Positions 38,650-48,309 are shown, counted from the first letter of the stretch. The stretch: DNA of 64,000 nucleotides from Alphaproteobacteria bacterium (GCA_017471705.1 JAFUSH010000040.1:19915-83914); one strand, 5' to 3'. The notes: generated from the sequence alone by a model not told the origin. Made by a program: numbers and translations.

Positions 38650-39546
38650 ATGTCAGCAAATTTGATGTACGATATTACCGAAGAACCGTATTATGATTAT
38701 TTCGTCCGCAACGGTTATAAATACTTGGGTTGCGGCTATATGCACGTTGTTTTTGAAAAAAACAATACGGTCTATAAGTTGGTTCGCTCAAAATTTAAGA
38801 AGTTTGATAAAAAATACGATTATGAATTTGAACGCGACTGTTTGAATTTTCTTCGTAAAAAAGGTGTACCTGCTCCGCAAATAATCAAAATTTATGATAC
38901 GGGCGAACTTATTGACGATTATATGGTTATGGTCGAAGAAAAGGTGCAAGGCATTGTGAAAAATGAGAAGACGATAAATATTAAAAACATAAAAGAAATA
39001 ATATCTTTTCAAGAAAAAATACATTCGATTACAATGCCTTTTTTCGGTCAATTGTATGACAAAGATTTGCAATTTGATACTTGGCGGGAATATCTTCATT
39101 ATATAATGAATCGGGCTAAAAAAGCTTCTTTGCTTTTTCAGATTCCGTACGACGAAAAATGCGTGGAGAAGTTTTTTTCCGAAAAATATCAATATACGGA
39201 TAAATCGCGTTATATGATTTTAGATCCTAATGAAGAAAATTTTATTTTTGATGAGACAGATAAAATCTCCGGTGTTATCGATATAGACCATCCGATTTGT
39301 TTTGATCCTCTATATGAGCTTTCGGTATGTCTTTATGCAAAAAAATATATTTTTGAAATGATGAGAAGCATAAAAACGGATTATTTCAACAAATTTGCGG
39401 AAGTAATTAAAATGTATGCGAAAATTCATTCATTGGCAGATATTTTGTTTTTGTATGATAAGGATAAGAATTTGTTCAAAAATGAGATTGAAAATTGCGC
39501 GAAAAATGTATCGGAATTTCAAATTTTTTTGAACGGTTATAAATAA
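38650..39546 (+). CDS. Protein-kinase-fold phosphotransferase (APH / choline-kinase-like)
   Basis: YMILDPNEENFIFDETDKISGVIDIDH matches the (H)xDxxxxN...IDxD catalytic/Mg loop, with Leu in place of the usual His. Confidence 0.55.
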   Translation: MSANLMYDITEEPYYDYFVRNGYKYLGCGYMHVVFEKNNTVYKLVRSKFKKFDKKYDYEFERDCLNFLRKKGVPAPQIIKIYDTGELIDDYMVMVEEKVQGIVKNEKTINIKNIKEIISFQEKIHSITMPFFGQLYDKDLQFDTWREYLHYIMNRAKKASLLFQIPYDEKCVEKFFSEKYQYTDKSRYMILDPNEENFIFDETDKISGVIDIDHPICFDPLYELSVCLYAKKYIFEMMRSIKTDYFNKFAEVIKMYAKIHSLADILFLYDKDKNLFKNEIENCAKNVSEFQIFLNGYK

Positions 39547-39560
39547 AAGGATTTAAGGAT

Positions 39561-41069
39561 ATGACTAAATTCTCTGTTAAAACTTCTGATTTTGAAAAAA
39601 GTTCAATATCCGCAAAACAAGCAGAACTTTTATTTTCGGTTTTGATTGAAAAAGTAAAGAAGATACAAAAACAAAAAGTAAAATTAATTGCGCAAATGCA
39701 AAAAGAGCATCTTAATTATCGCTTAAAGACTATCGGTAAAAATTTTGTAATGGTGATAACGAGAGAACGGTGTTCGGAAGAAGAATTATGTATCGGATAC
39801 CCGTTTCCGATAATAAGTAAAATATTTAAAAACGGTGTTCAAAATCAATTTAAGGTGAAGTATTTTTTGCGCGGCGAGATTTTAAGAAGCGAACAAAAGC
39901 ACCATTTTATAGAGAAGTTGCGAAAAAATGGGTTTGATGTGCAAGAAAAAATATCGGATTCCAAAAGAGATTTTATTAAGGCACTGAAAAACAATATTTC
40001 CGCATTGAATGCAAAACGCATAAATTATGCGGATTTATACCGCTTTGCCGGAGATTCTTTTTTAAGTACGTATATGTTGGATTTATTTTCCTCCGATTAC
40101 AATATAAGCGAGCGAAAAATATACAGCGATAATTATAAACATATAGCGGGATTTTACGATGCGAAACCGTTGTCGGAATTACAAAATACTCAGCCTGACG
40201 GGGTATTTATTTTTTCCGATTTGCTGGATATTGATGACGCTTTTGTGCAGGATTTTGCCATTAAATACCCAAAAGATGGGGTTTATATCATCAACAGCCG
40301 TAACTGTTTTTTCGTGAAAAAAGGGAAGAATATTGAGCTGTTTTCTTTGAAAAATAAAGAAGATATACTGCTGACCAAAGATAATATTTTTGCGTATATG
40401 AAAAATTGTGTGCGCCCGTTTGTCAACAGTGTTAAATTGCCGAGTTTAAGTGCAGACAAGAGTAAAAAAATCAATAAAATTTACATTAATCCTTATGCTT
40501 CTTTGCGGCAAAAATCTTTAAGTCTTTCGGAAATAGAAAATATGGTGAAAGGACTTAAAAAGATATTACCAGATGTTTTGATATTGTTTCCGTCCGGCCA
40601 TAACGAAGAAACTAAAAATTTCAGCAATAAAATAAGGCAGGCGGTAAGTGTTGATATTTTGGAAGATAGGGGAATTTATAATTTATACGAAAAAATAAAA
40701 CAAAATAATATAGATTTGGTTATTACCGTAGATTCCGCCATTACACACATTTTAACCAAATTAGGTATTGAAAATATTGTTCTGTATAAAAAAGGTTTTT
40801 GGGATGCCCTGTCTTTACAATCTCTCGTTGCCGAATCGCCGATGGCATTTTGCAGTTATTATTCTTGGCAATATCCGTTAATTTATAAAGGAAAAAGCGG
40901 ATTGAAAGAATTGCTGAAATTGGTCGGTTATTTGAATTGTCCGACTAAAAAAATTCCCCAATTTCAAAAATTGAAATTGATGAATGAAAATTTCAGCAGA
41001 AAAATAAATGCTGAAATACAAAAAATATGTGAAAATTTAAGCATCAATCATAAATTAGAAAAAAAATAA
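39561..41069 (+). CDS. 502-aa protein with a C-terminal glycosyltransferase family 9 (heptosyltransferase)-like domain
   Basis: INPYASLRQKSLS...LVITVDSAITHILTKLGIENIVLY resembles the GT9 motif (..nDSGpmHlAaAlg.P.v.l.g). The N-terminal ~300 aa are unrecognised. Confidence 0.45.
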   Translation: MTKFSVKTSDFEKSSISAKQAELLFSVLIEKVKKIQKQKVKLIAQMQKEHLNYRLKTIGKNFVMVITRERCSEEELCIGYPFPIISKIFKNGVQNQFKVKYFLRGEILRSEQKHHFIEKLRKNGFDVQEKISDSKRDFIKALKNNISALNAKRINYADLYRFAGDSFLSTYMLDLFSSDYNISERKIYSDNYKHIAGFYDAKPLSELQNTQPDGVFIFSDLLDIDDAFVQDFAIKYPKDGVYIINSRNCFFVKKGKNIELFSLKNKEDILLTKDNIFAYMKNCVRPFVNSVKLPSLSADKSKKINKIYINPYASLRQKSLSLSEIENMVKGLKKILPDVLILFPSGHNEETKNFSNKIRQAVSVDILEDRGIYNLYEKIKQNNIDLVITVDSAITHILTKLGIENIVLYKKGFWDALSLQSLVAESPMAFCSYYSWQYPLIYKGKSGLKELLKLVGYLNCPTKKIPQFQKLKLMNENFSRKINAEIQKICENLSINHKLEKK

Positions 41070-41134
41070 AATATGTTTAAGATTTTAATTAATTGTCAGC
41101 GATATGAATAATTGTGTAAATATATAATAGTCAT

Positions 41135-41147
41135 TGACTTTTAGTCA
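41135..41147 (+). promoter_or_regulatory. Short palindrome TGACT-ttt-AGTCA overlapping a TTGACT -35 box (possible TetR operator)
   Basis: Seen ~40 nt upstream of the TetR ATG. It is only 5-3-5, so it could be chance. Confidence 0.3.
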
Positions 41148-41184
41148 GTAAATGATACTATTATGCCCAAATAGCGAGGTCGAT

Positions 41185-41802
41185 ATGAACAAAAGACAGG
41201 AATGCGCCTTAAAGACAAGGCAAAGACTATTGGATACGGCAACTGATTTAATCAGCAAGGGTGATTTTCGTTCACTCAATATTGAGGATATCACAAAAGC
41301 CTGCGGATGCGCTAAAGGAACTTTTTATACATATTTCAAAAATCGTGAACAAATCAGCTGTGAAGCTTGCCGCAATATGTTTAATCGCATTGAAAAGCGT
41401 ATGCAGCAAATGAAAAATAAAACTTTTTTAGAGCGGTTGGGACATTATTTTGACAGCTTTATGGTAGAAGTTCAGCGTTATGGTATCAATGTGTGCCGAG
41501 AGTGGATACGAGGTGTGATAGATCCGAGCCTGTCGCCGGAAAATACGGATATTACTAAGTGGCAATTTGACGTTGATATGCTTCAAAATATACTTAATCA
41601 GGCAATAAAAGACGGTGAGTTGAAGACAACGGCACCGGTTGAACTTTTGACTCATATAATTATTTCCGAACTCTACGGAATGATGACTTGCTGGTGTATG
41701 TCGGACGGAAAATTCAAACCGACGGATTGGTCGGATAAGGTGTTTAAGGCGCAGCTTATACCGATGATAGGACAATATTTAACTAAAATAGGAAAACAAT
41801 GA
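41185..41802 (+). CDS. TetR-family transcriptional regulator
   Basis: TRQRLLDTATDLISKGDFRSLNIEDITKACGCAKGTFYTYF HTH. ATG 41185 follows a GCGAGG SD. Confidence 0.8.
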   Translation: MNKRQECALKTRQRLLDTATDLISKGDFRSLNIEDITKACGCAKGTFYTYFKNREQISCEACRNMFNRIEKRMQQMKNKTFLERLGHYFDSFMVEVQRYGINVCREWIRGVIDPSLSPENTDITKWQFDVDMLQNILNQAIKDGELKTTAPVELLTHIIISELYGMMTCWCMSDGKFKPTDWSDKVFKAQLIPMIGQYLTKIGKQ

Positions 41803-42158
41803 CACAAACATATTTAACATTAAACAACGGACAGAAAATGCCGCAATTCGGGCTAGGTGTGTTCTTGGTGTCGGATGGCAAAGATACAATTGAGGCTTGT
41901 TTAAATGCGTTTAAGCTGGGATACCGTCATATAGATACGGCACACGCTTACCAAAATGAACGCGGTGTCGGTGAAGCGTTAAAACAAAGCGGATTAAAAC
42001 GCGGAGAAGTATGGATTACCACTAAATTATGGCCAACCGAGTATGGCGAAGGAAAAACTTTGCCGGCTATAGATAAAATGCTGGAGCGGTTGCAGACAGA
42101 TTATATTGATTTATTATTATTGCATCAATATTTCATATCGTGGAAACCTGAAGATTAA
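41799..42158 (+). pseudogene. Aldo/keto reductase fragment (N-terminal ~115 aa only)
   Basis: LNNGQKMPQFGLGVF, GYRHIDTAHAYQNE and DYIDLLLLHQ are AKR N-terminal motifs. The ORF stops at 119 aa, whereas the family is ~275 aa. Confidence 0.7.
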
Positions 42159-42173
42159 GGAAAGGATAAAAAA

Positions 42174-42809
42174 ATGAAAGTATTACTTGTTAACGGCAGT
42201 CCGCATAAAAACGGCAGCACGAATCGAGTTCTGCAAGAAATAAGCGCAACTTTGGAAGAAGAAGGAATCGGGGCGGAAATTTATCATATCGGTATTAATC
42301 CTGTGGCCGGATGTCGGGGGTGCAATGCTTGCGCAAAACTTGGAAAATGCGTTATTAATGATAATGTCAATGAATTTGTTGAAAAAGCCAAAGATTTTGA
42401 CGGTTTTGTTTTTGGTGCGCCGGTGCATTACGGTTCGGCAGGCGGCAACATATCCGCATTTTTAGACCGAGCTTTCTTTTCAGCTTTCAGAGCCGACAAG
42501 GCAGATATTTTTAAACATAAGCCGGGGGCGGCGGTTGTTTGTGCCAGACGCTCGGGAACGACAGCAACTTTAGATCAGCTTAACAAATATTTTACCATAA
42601 CGGAAATGCCGGTTATATCCGGTCGCTATTGGAATATGGTGCACGGATATGACGCCAAAGACATAGAACAAGATTTGGAAGGCTTGCAAAATGTTCGGAT
42701 TTTAGCACGTAATATGGCTTGGCACTTAAAGTGTCAGGAAGCCGGAAGAAAAGCGGGTATTCCGATGCCTAAAGAAGAAGAAATTGTATTTACTAATTTT
42801 ATCAGATAG
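42174..42809 (+). CDS. Flavodoxin-like NAD(P)H-dependent FMN reductase (iron-sulfur flavoprotein-like)
   Basis: MKVLLVNGSPHKNGST start and the Cys cluster CRGCNACAKLGKC. Confidence 0.75.
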   Translation: MKVLLVNGSPHKNGSTNRVLQEISATLEEEGIGAEIYHIGINPVAGCRGCNACAKLGKCVINDNVNEFVEKAKDFDGFVFGAPVHYGSAGGNISAFLDRAFFSAFRADKADIFKHKPGAAVVCARRSGTTATLDQLNKYFTITEMPVISGRYWNMVHGYDAKDIEQDLEGLQNVRILARNMAWHLKCQEAGRKAGIPMPKEEEIVFTNFIR

Positions 42810-42820
42810 GAAACATCGGA

Positions 42821-43819
42821 ATGAAGAAGATTTTGACCGCATTTTTAGTATCAACAACACTTTTATGGGGAGAAAATGCTATGGCAAATGCTTTAAATGA
42901 TAAACAGCAGGCAATTGCAGAGGTGTCTGCTTATGCGGCACTGGGTAATCAAGACAGGCTTAAGCAGTCCATTGTCGCCGGTTTGGATAAAGGTGTAACT
43001 GTTAATGAGTTTAAAGAAATTCTGGTACAGGCGTACGCTTATTGCGGTTTCCCTCGCAGTTTGAATGCTCTTGCCACACTGATGCAAGCAGCACCGGAGA
43101 GTGCCAGAGATGCAACACCTGCGCTACAAGCGGATGCTTTAGCTGTCGGTACGGAAAATCAAACCAAACTTGTCGGTCAGGAAGTGAAAGGACCTTTGTT
43201 TGACTTTGCACCGGCAATTGATAAATACCTGAAGGCACATTTATTCGGTGATATTTTTGCTCGTGACAATGTGGATTGGCAGTTAAGAGAAGTTGCCACC
43301 ATTGCTATGCTTTCAGCTCGTGACGGTTTGGAAAGTCAATTAAACAGCCATATTAATGTAGGTAAGCATAATGGTTTGACTGATGAGCAAGTTGCTGAAA
43401 TTTTGAATATTTCCGGCGAGGCAAAAGCAAAGAATGTTATATTCGGTTTCGGTGAGGAAAATCCGTACGGACAATATTTTACAGGCAAGAGTTATCTGCA
43501 AAAAATTACGAATGAAAACGGAGTACCGATGTTTAATGTGACATTTGAACCGAAGTGCCGTAATAATTGGCATATTCATCACGGCGGCGGACAGATTTTA
43601 CTTGTAACTCAAGGCAGAGGGTGGTATCAGGCTTGGGGAGATGAACCTCGTGAGCTGAAAGCAGGTGACGTAGTAAATATCCCTGCCGAAACGAAGCACT
43701 GGCACGGTGCCGCCAAAGACAGTTGGTTTACGCATATTGCCGTAGAAGTTCCTTCGGAAAACGGTTCGGCAGAATGGTTGGAGCCGGTTACGGATGAAGA
43801 GTATGATAGATTAAAATAG
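42821..43819 (+). CDS. Secreted carboxymuconolactone-decarboxylase-family / cupin fusion protein
   Basis: Signal peptide, two CMD-like helices (AYAYCGFPRSLNAL and the ATIAMLSARDG segment) and a C-terminal cupin (WHIHHGGGQILLV...IPAETKHWHGA). Confidence 0.7.
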   Translation: MKKILTAFLVSTTLLWGENAMANALNDKQQAIAEVSAYAALGNQDRLKQSIVAGLDKGVTVNEFKEILVQAYAYCGFPRSLNALATLMQAAPESARDATPALQADALAVGTENQTKLVGQEVKGPLFDFAPAIDKYLKAHLFGDIFARDNVDWQLREVATIAMLSARDGLESQLNSHINVGKHNGLTDEQVAEILNISGEAKAKNVIFGFGEENPYGQYFTGKSYLQKITNENGVPMFNVTFEPKCRNNWHIHHGGGQILLVTQGRGWYQAWGDEPRELKAGDVVNIPAETKHWHGAAKDSWFTHIAVEVPSENGSAEWLEPVTDEEYDRLK

Positions 43820-43831
43820 GGAGAATAAATA

Positions 43832-44761
43832 TTGATTAAAGTAAAAGAAACTTTGGGCAGTTCGGTAAATATTCCGGTCGAAAAGCGTGACGGCGAAGCG
43901 TCAATTGTATATTTTACAAAAGATTTAAGCGCCGAAGGTTTGCAAAAAATCTATCAAAAAGTTAAGCAAAATATGAAAGGAAAAGTTGCCGTTAAACTGC
44001 ATACGGGTGAAAAGCACGGTCCGAATATTATTCCGCGCGAATGGGTTAAAAATCTGATTGAAACAGAAATACCGAATGCAACTATTGTGGAAACAAACAC
44101 CTATTATGAGGGGGACAGATATACTACCGAACAACATCGCGAAACCCTAAAAGTAAACGGCTGGACATTTGCACCGGTGGATATTTTAGATGAAGAAGGC
44201 ACAACTATGTGGGCGCTTGAGGGAGGAAAATATTTCAAAGAAATGTCAGTCGGTTCACATTCGGATAAATATGATTCTTTGCTTGCACTGACGCATTTTA
44301 AAGGACATACGATGGGTGGTTTCGGAGGTTCAAATAAAAATCTCGGTATCGGAATGGCAGACGGTCGTATAGGTAAAGCAATGATTCATACTTATCCGGA
44401 GAAAGGTCAGTGGAGTATCGCTATGGATGAGTTTATGGAACGTATGACCGAATCTACCAAAGCAATACTCGATCATTTCGGTAAAAACATTACCTACATT
44501 AATGTACTGCGCAATATGTCAGTCAGTTGTGATTGTGAGGGAATAGCCGCCGCACCGGTGGTTACTCCGGATATAGGTATTTTGGCAAGCGATGATATTT
44601 TGGCGGTGGATCAGGCGTCTGTAGATATGGTGTTTGCTTTGGCCGAAAAAAGCCGTGATTTGCGTGAACGCATTGAAACCAGACACGGTCTGCGCCAACT
44701 TTCATATATGAAAGAACTTGGTATGGGCAATGATAAGTATATTTTAATTGATTTGGATTAA
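43832..44761 (+). CDS. DUF362-family protein
   Basis: VAVKLHTGEKHGPNIIP and THFKGHTMGGFGGSNKNLGIG are typical DUF362 blocks. TTG start behind an AGGGAG SD. Confidence 0.7.
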   Translation: MIKVKETLGSSVNIPVEKRDGEASIVYFTKDLSAEGLQKIYQKVKQNMKGKVAVKLHTGEKHGPNIIPREWVKNLIETEIPNATIVETNTYYEGDRYTTEQHRETLKVNGWTFAPVDILDEEGTTMWALEGGKYFKEMSVGSHSDKYDSLLALTHFKGHTMGGFGGSNKNLGIGMADGRIGKAMIHTYPEKGQWSIAMDEFMERMTESTKAILDHFGKNITYINVLRNMSVSCDCEGIAAAPVVTPDIGILASDDILAVDQASVDMVFALAEKSRDLRERIETRHGLRQLSYMKELGMGNDKYILIDLD

Positions 44762-44772
44762 AAGGTTAAGGT

Positions 44773-46083
44773 ATGAAGAACAAAATTCTAATATACGGTC
44801 GGTTTTTGACAGCGGTTGCGGTTATGATTTTATGCGGATTGGCGTTTTATCGTCATACATATCCGTTAGAAATTTTTGATGTGCAATTCACTGCAGCACT
44901 GCAAAACGGTATTATTTCCGGTTTCGGACTCGGTCTGATTTTACTTGCTTTGCTCATTATGATAACGCTTCTCTTCGGGCGCGTATACTGTTCGACTTTA
45001 TGTCCGCTCGGACTTTATCAGGAATTGCTGACTATCTTGTTTAAACCGTTTTATAAAAAACGCAAAGCTGCTATGCAACCGGTAAAACATTATGCGTTTG
45101 CTTATTTTTCGGCGGCAGTTTTATTTGGTGCATTATGCGGAGGTACGGTTGTTTTACTCCGAATGCTCGACCCTTATTCGGTGGCAGGTAATGCTTTGAG
45201 CGGTGCTTGTTTCGGGGTAGGTTTCGCAATTGCTTTGGCTATTTTGGTGTTTTTTAAGAAACGTTTTTTCTGCACCAACATATGTCCGGTCGGTGCGGTT
45301 TTAGGTTTAATTTCACGTTTTTCGCTGTTTAAAATCCGTATTGACACCGATAAATGCAAAATGTGCAGTTTGTGCGCAAGATCCTGTCCGTGCGGTTCGA
45401 TTGATTTTAAGAATCATACGGTTAACAACGAAACCTGCGTTAAGTGTTTTAAGTGTTTGAGCCATTGCGGACACGGAGCGCTGTATTACGGTTTACCGAA
45501 AACAAAACGACCGGAATTTAACTTAAAGCGTCGGCAATTATTAACATCAGGTGCAGTGTTGGTGCTTTTCGGAGCGGCTTTCAGAGGGGGAATTGAACTT
45601 ACTAAGTTGGCAGCTTCCAAGATTAAAAAAGTTATCTTACCGGCCGGCTCCGGCAAACCGGAATACTTTGCCAATCGCTGTTTAAATTGTAACTTGTGTG
45701 TACAAAACTGTCCGATGAAAATTATTAAGAAAGCCACGGCTGATATACCGTTTGTACATTTGGACTATGGTGATACCTATTGTGATTTTAATTGCCATAA
45801 GTGTTCTCAAGTATGTCCGTCGGGTGCAATCAAACGCATAAGTTTAGCTGAAAAACAGAATACAAAAATCGCTAATGCCGTTATTAATGAAGATGTTTGC
45901 ATCAAATGCGGTGTTTGCGCGATGGAATGTCCGAAACAAATCATTATAAAAGAAGATGGCAAATTTCCGATTATTCAATTTGATAAATGTATAGGCTGCG
46001 GCAAGTGCGCAAGCGTCTGTCCGGTTAAAGCTATTAAAATTGAATCAACCCCTCAACAAATTACTTTAGTAAAAGGAGAATAA
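44773..46083 (+). CDS. Membrane-anchored polyferredoxin (multiple 4Fe-4S motifs)
   Basis: The N-terminal TM region carries CSTLCP/CTNICP motifs. It is followed by [45 protein letters not shown] and [12 protein letters not shown]. Confidence 0.8.
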   Translation: MKNKILIYGRFLTAVAVMILCGLAFYRHTYPLEIFDVQFTAALQNGIISGFGLGLILLALLIMITLLFGRVYCSTLCPLGLYQELLTILFKPFYKKRKAAMQPVKHYAFAYFSAAVLFGALCGGTVVLLRMLDPYSVAGNALSGACFGVGFAIALAILVFFKKRFFCTNICPVGAVLGLISRFSLFKIRIDTDKCKMCSLCARSCPCGSIDFKNHTVNNETCVKCFKCLSHCGHGALYYGLPKTKRPEFNLKRRQLLTSGAVLVLFGAAFRGGIELTKLAASKIKKVILPAGSGKPEYFANRCLNCNLCVQNCPMKIIKKATADIPFVHLDYGDTYCDFNCHKCSQVCPSGAIKRISLAEKQNTKIANAVINEDVCIKCGVCAMECPKQIIIKEDGKFPIIQFDKCIGCGKCASVCPVKAIKIESTPQQITLVKGE

Positions 46084-46084
46084 A

Positions 46085-46336
46085 ATGAGTTTAGGTATCA
46101 CTGAAATAATTTTAATTTTAGTTGTTGTTTTAGTACTGTTCGGCGGAAAGAAAATTCCGGAGCTGGCTCGCGGTTTAGGCAAGGCGCAGGCCGAGTATAA
46201 AAAAGCTAGGGAAGCGATTGAAAACGAGGTAAACGAATTTAAGTCCGAGGTAGAAAAAGCAGCCGGCGAAGAAACCGGTAATAAAACACCGGCAAAAAAA
46301 ACCGCCAAGAAATCGGTGAAGAAAGCTAAAAAATAG
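46085..46336 (+). CDS. tatA: Twin-arginine translocase subunit TatA/E
   Basis: [34 protein letters not shown] is the canonical TatA N-terminus. Confidence 0.9.
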   Translation: MSLGITEIILILVVVLVLFGGKKIPELARGLGKAQAEYKKAREAIENEVNEFKSEVEKAAGEETGNKTPAKKTAKKSVKKAKK

Positions 46337-46337
46337 T

Positions 46338-47051
46338 ATGGTCGATAAAAAGGAAGAAACATTGATAGAACACTTGGAAGCATTGCGCACAATGCTTATC
46401 AGGTGTTTGCTTTCATTGGCAATAGGGTTGGGACCGATTTTTTTTATCACACCTTATGTTATGGATTTGCTCATCAGGGTGATGATGGCGGAAAATGAGG
46501 TTACGCTTAATTTCTTTTCGCCGATGGAAGTGTTTATCTTACAACTTAAAATCGCACTGGTGCTTGATATTTTGTTCTGCTTTCCGTATATGGCACGCGA
46601 GGTATGGCGGTTTGTCGCACCGGCGCTCTATCAAAACGAACAGGACTTTGTTAAGTCAATCGTTTTGACTTCGAGTGCACTTTTTATAATCGGTGTACTG
46701 TTTTGTTTGTTTTTCATTTTGCCGATGGTTATTCGCTTCGGATTGAGTTTTGTCACAGAAAGCATTAAACCTGTATTTGGTATCGGCAATATCGTATCGC
46801 TGGCACTTTGGCTTTCGTTGGTGTTTGGGGCAATGTTTCAATTTCCGCTCATCACTTATGCTTTAATCCGTTCCGATATAGTCGGTTATGAAACGATGAA
46901 AAGCAAACGAACCTATATTTTTGTCGGTATTTTGATAATATCCGGACTTTTGACGCCGCCGGATATTATCAGCCAATTGTTGTTAACCATTCCGACTTAC
47001 GGACTTTTTGAAATCGGCTTGTTTTTCGGAAAAAGAAAGAAAATTTTGTAA
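46338..47051 (+). CDS. tatC: Twin-arginine translocase subunit TatC
   Basis: 237 aa with 6 TM segments, LIEHLEALR start and the GLLTPPD motif. Confidence 0.9.
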   Translation: MVDKKEETLIEHLEALRTMLIRCLLSLAIGLGPIFFITPYVMDLLIRVMMAENEVTLNFFSPMEVFILQLKIALVLDILFCFPYMAREVWRFVAPALYQNEQDFVKSIVLTSSALFIIGVLFCLFFILPMVIRFGLSFVTESIKPVFGIGNIVSLALWLSLVFGAMFQFPLITYALIRSDIVGYETMKSKRTYIFVGILIISGLLTPPDIISQLLLTIPTYGLFEIGLFFGKRKKIL

Positions 47052-47068
47052 TTTTTAGGAGAACTAAT

Positions 47069-48307
47069 ATGAATAGACGTGAATTTTTAATGAGTACTCT
47101 TGCTGCTTTTGCCATTGCAGCTTTACCAAAGCTGACAATTGCGGAAACCGTAGCCGTATCGGAAAAAGTAAAGGCGCAAATCAACAATAACAATAAACTC
47201 GGTTTCGGCTTTATGCGTTTACCGCTTAAAAATCCGAACGACCAGACATCAATTGACTATGATACCTTAAATAAAATGGTTGATAAGTTTATTGAGCGCG
47301 GTTTTACCTATTTTGATACCGCGTGGATGTATATGGGGCACGAGAGCGAAGTTGCCATTCGCAAATCGGTTGTTGAACGCCATCCGAGGGATAGCTATAC
47401 CGTTGCCAGCAAAATGCCGATAGGTATGGTAACAAGCGCCGAAAATATGGAAGAAATATTTAATAAACAGTTAGAGAAAACAGGCTTGGATTATTTCGAT
47501 TATTATTTAGTACATAATGTAAATGCCAGTACAATGCCGAATGTTAAAAAATATAATCCGTTCAAATTTATTGCCGAAAAGAAAAAAGAAGGTAAAATCA
47601 AACATATCGGTTTTTCTTTTCACGATAGTGTCGATTTGTTGGAAGAAATTCTGAAAGAACATCCGGAAGTTGAGTTTGTTCAACTGCAAATCAATTATAT
47701 TGATTGGGATAATGCCACCATTCAGTCACGTAAATGTTATGAAGTCGCACAGAAATATAATTTACCGGTTGTTGTAATGGAGCCGGTTAAAGGCGGAAGT
47801 TTGGCAATGGTGCCGGAAAATGTGGAAAAAATCTTCAAAGACGCCGAACCTGATATGTCGGTAGCTTCTTGGGCCATACGTTATGCTGCAAGTTTGCCGG
47901 GGGTTCGTACGGTGTTGAGCGGTATGACCACTATGGAACAATTGGAAGATAATACGAGTTATATGCAAAATTTTGAACCGCTTAGTGATAAAGAAAATAA
48001 AACGATTGAAGAGGCTGTTAAAGTTTTACACGCATCAATTGCCATTCCTTGCACGGCTTGCCGTTATTGTGTAGAACATTGTCCGATGAAGATTGATATT
48101 CCGAGTATGTTTGCGCTTTATAATGCCGAAAAACAAGATACAAAAGATAAGCCGTTCAGAGTTCAACGTGTTTATTATAACAATTTGATTGAACATTCCG
48201 GTAAGGCTTCACAGTGTGTTCATTGTAAAAGTTGTGAAAAACATTGCCCTCAACATATCGTTATTAATGAGTGGATGACGAAAATTGCCCAAACATTTGA
48301 GGGGTAA
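47069..48307 (+). CDS. Tat-signal aldo/keto reductase with a C-terminal 4Fe-4S ferredoxin-like domain
   Basis: MNRREFLMSTLAAFAIAALP twin-arginine leader, AKR core (FDTAWMY, DYYLVHN), then CTACRYCVEHCP and CVHCKSCEKHCP. Confidence 0.8.
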   Translation: MNRREFLMSTLAAFAIAALPKLTIAETVAVSEKVKAQINNNNKLGFGFMRLPLKNPNDQTSIDYDTLNKMVDKFIERGFTYFDTAWMYMGHESEVAIRKSVVERHPRDSYTVASKMPIGMVTSAENMEEIFNKQLEKTGLDYFDYYLVHNVNASTMPNVKKYNPFKFIAEKKKEGKIKHIGFSFHDSVDLLEEILKEHPEVEFVQLQINYIDWDNATIQSRKCYEVAQKYNLPVVVMEPVKGGSLAMVPENVEKIFKDAEPDMSVASWAIRYAASLPGVRTVLSGMTTMEQLEDNTSYMQNFEPLSDKENKTIEEAVKVLHASIAIPCTACRYCVEHCPMKIDIPSMFALYNAEKQDTKDKPFRVQRVYYNNLIEHSGKASQCVHCKSCEKHCPQHIVINEWMTKIAQTFEG

Positions 48308-48309
48308 TA

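Noticed and set aside
41135-41147. TGACT-ttt-AGTCA as a definite TetR operator
   Set aside because: It is kept only as a low-confidence feature. A 5-3-5 palindrome in AT-rich DNA is easily produced by chance.
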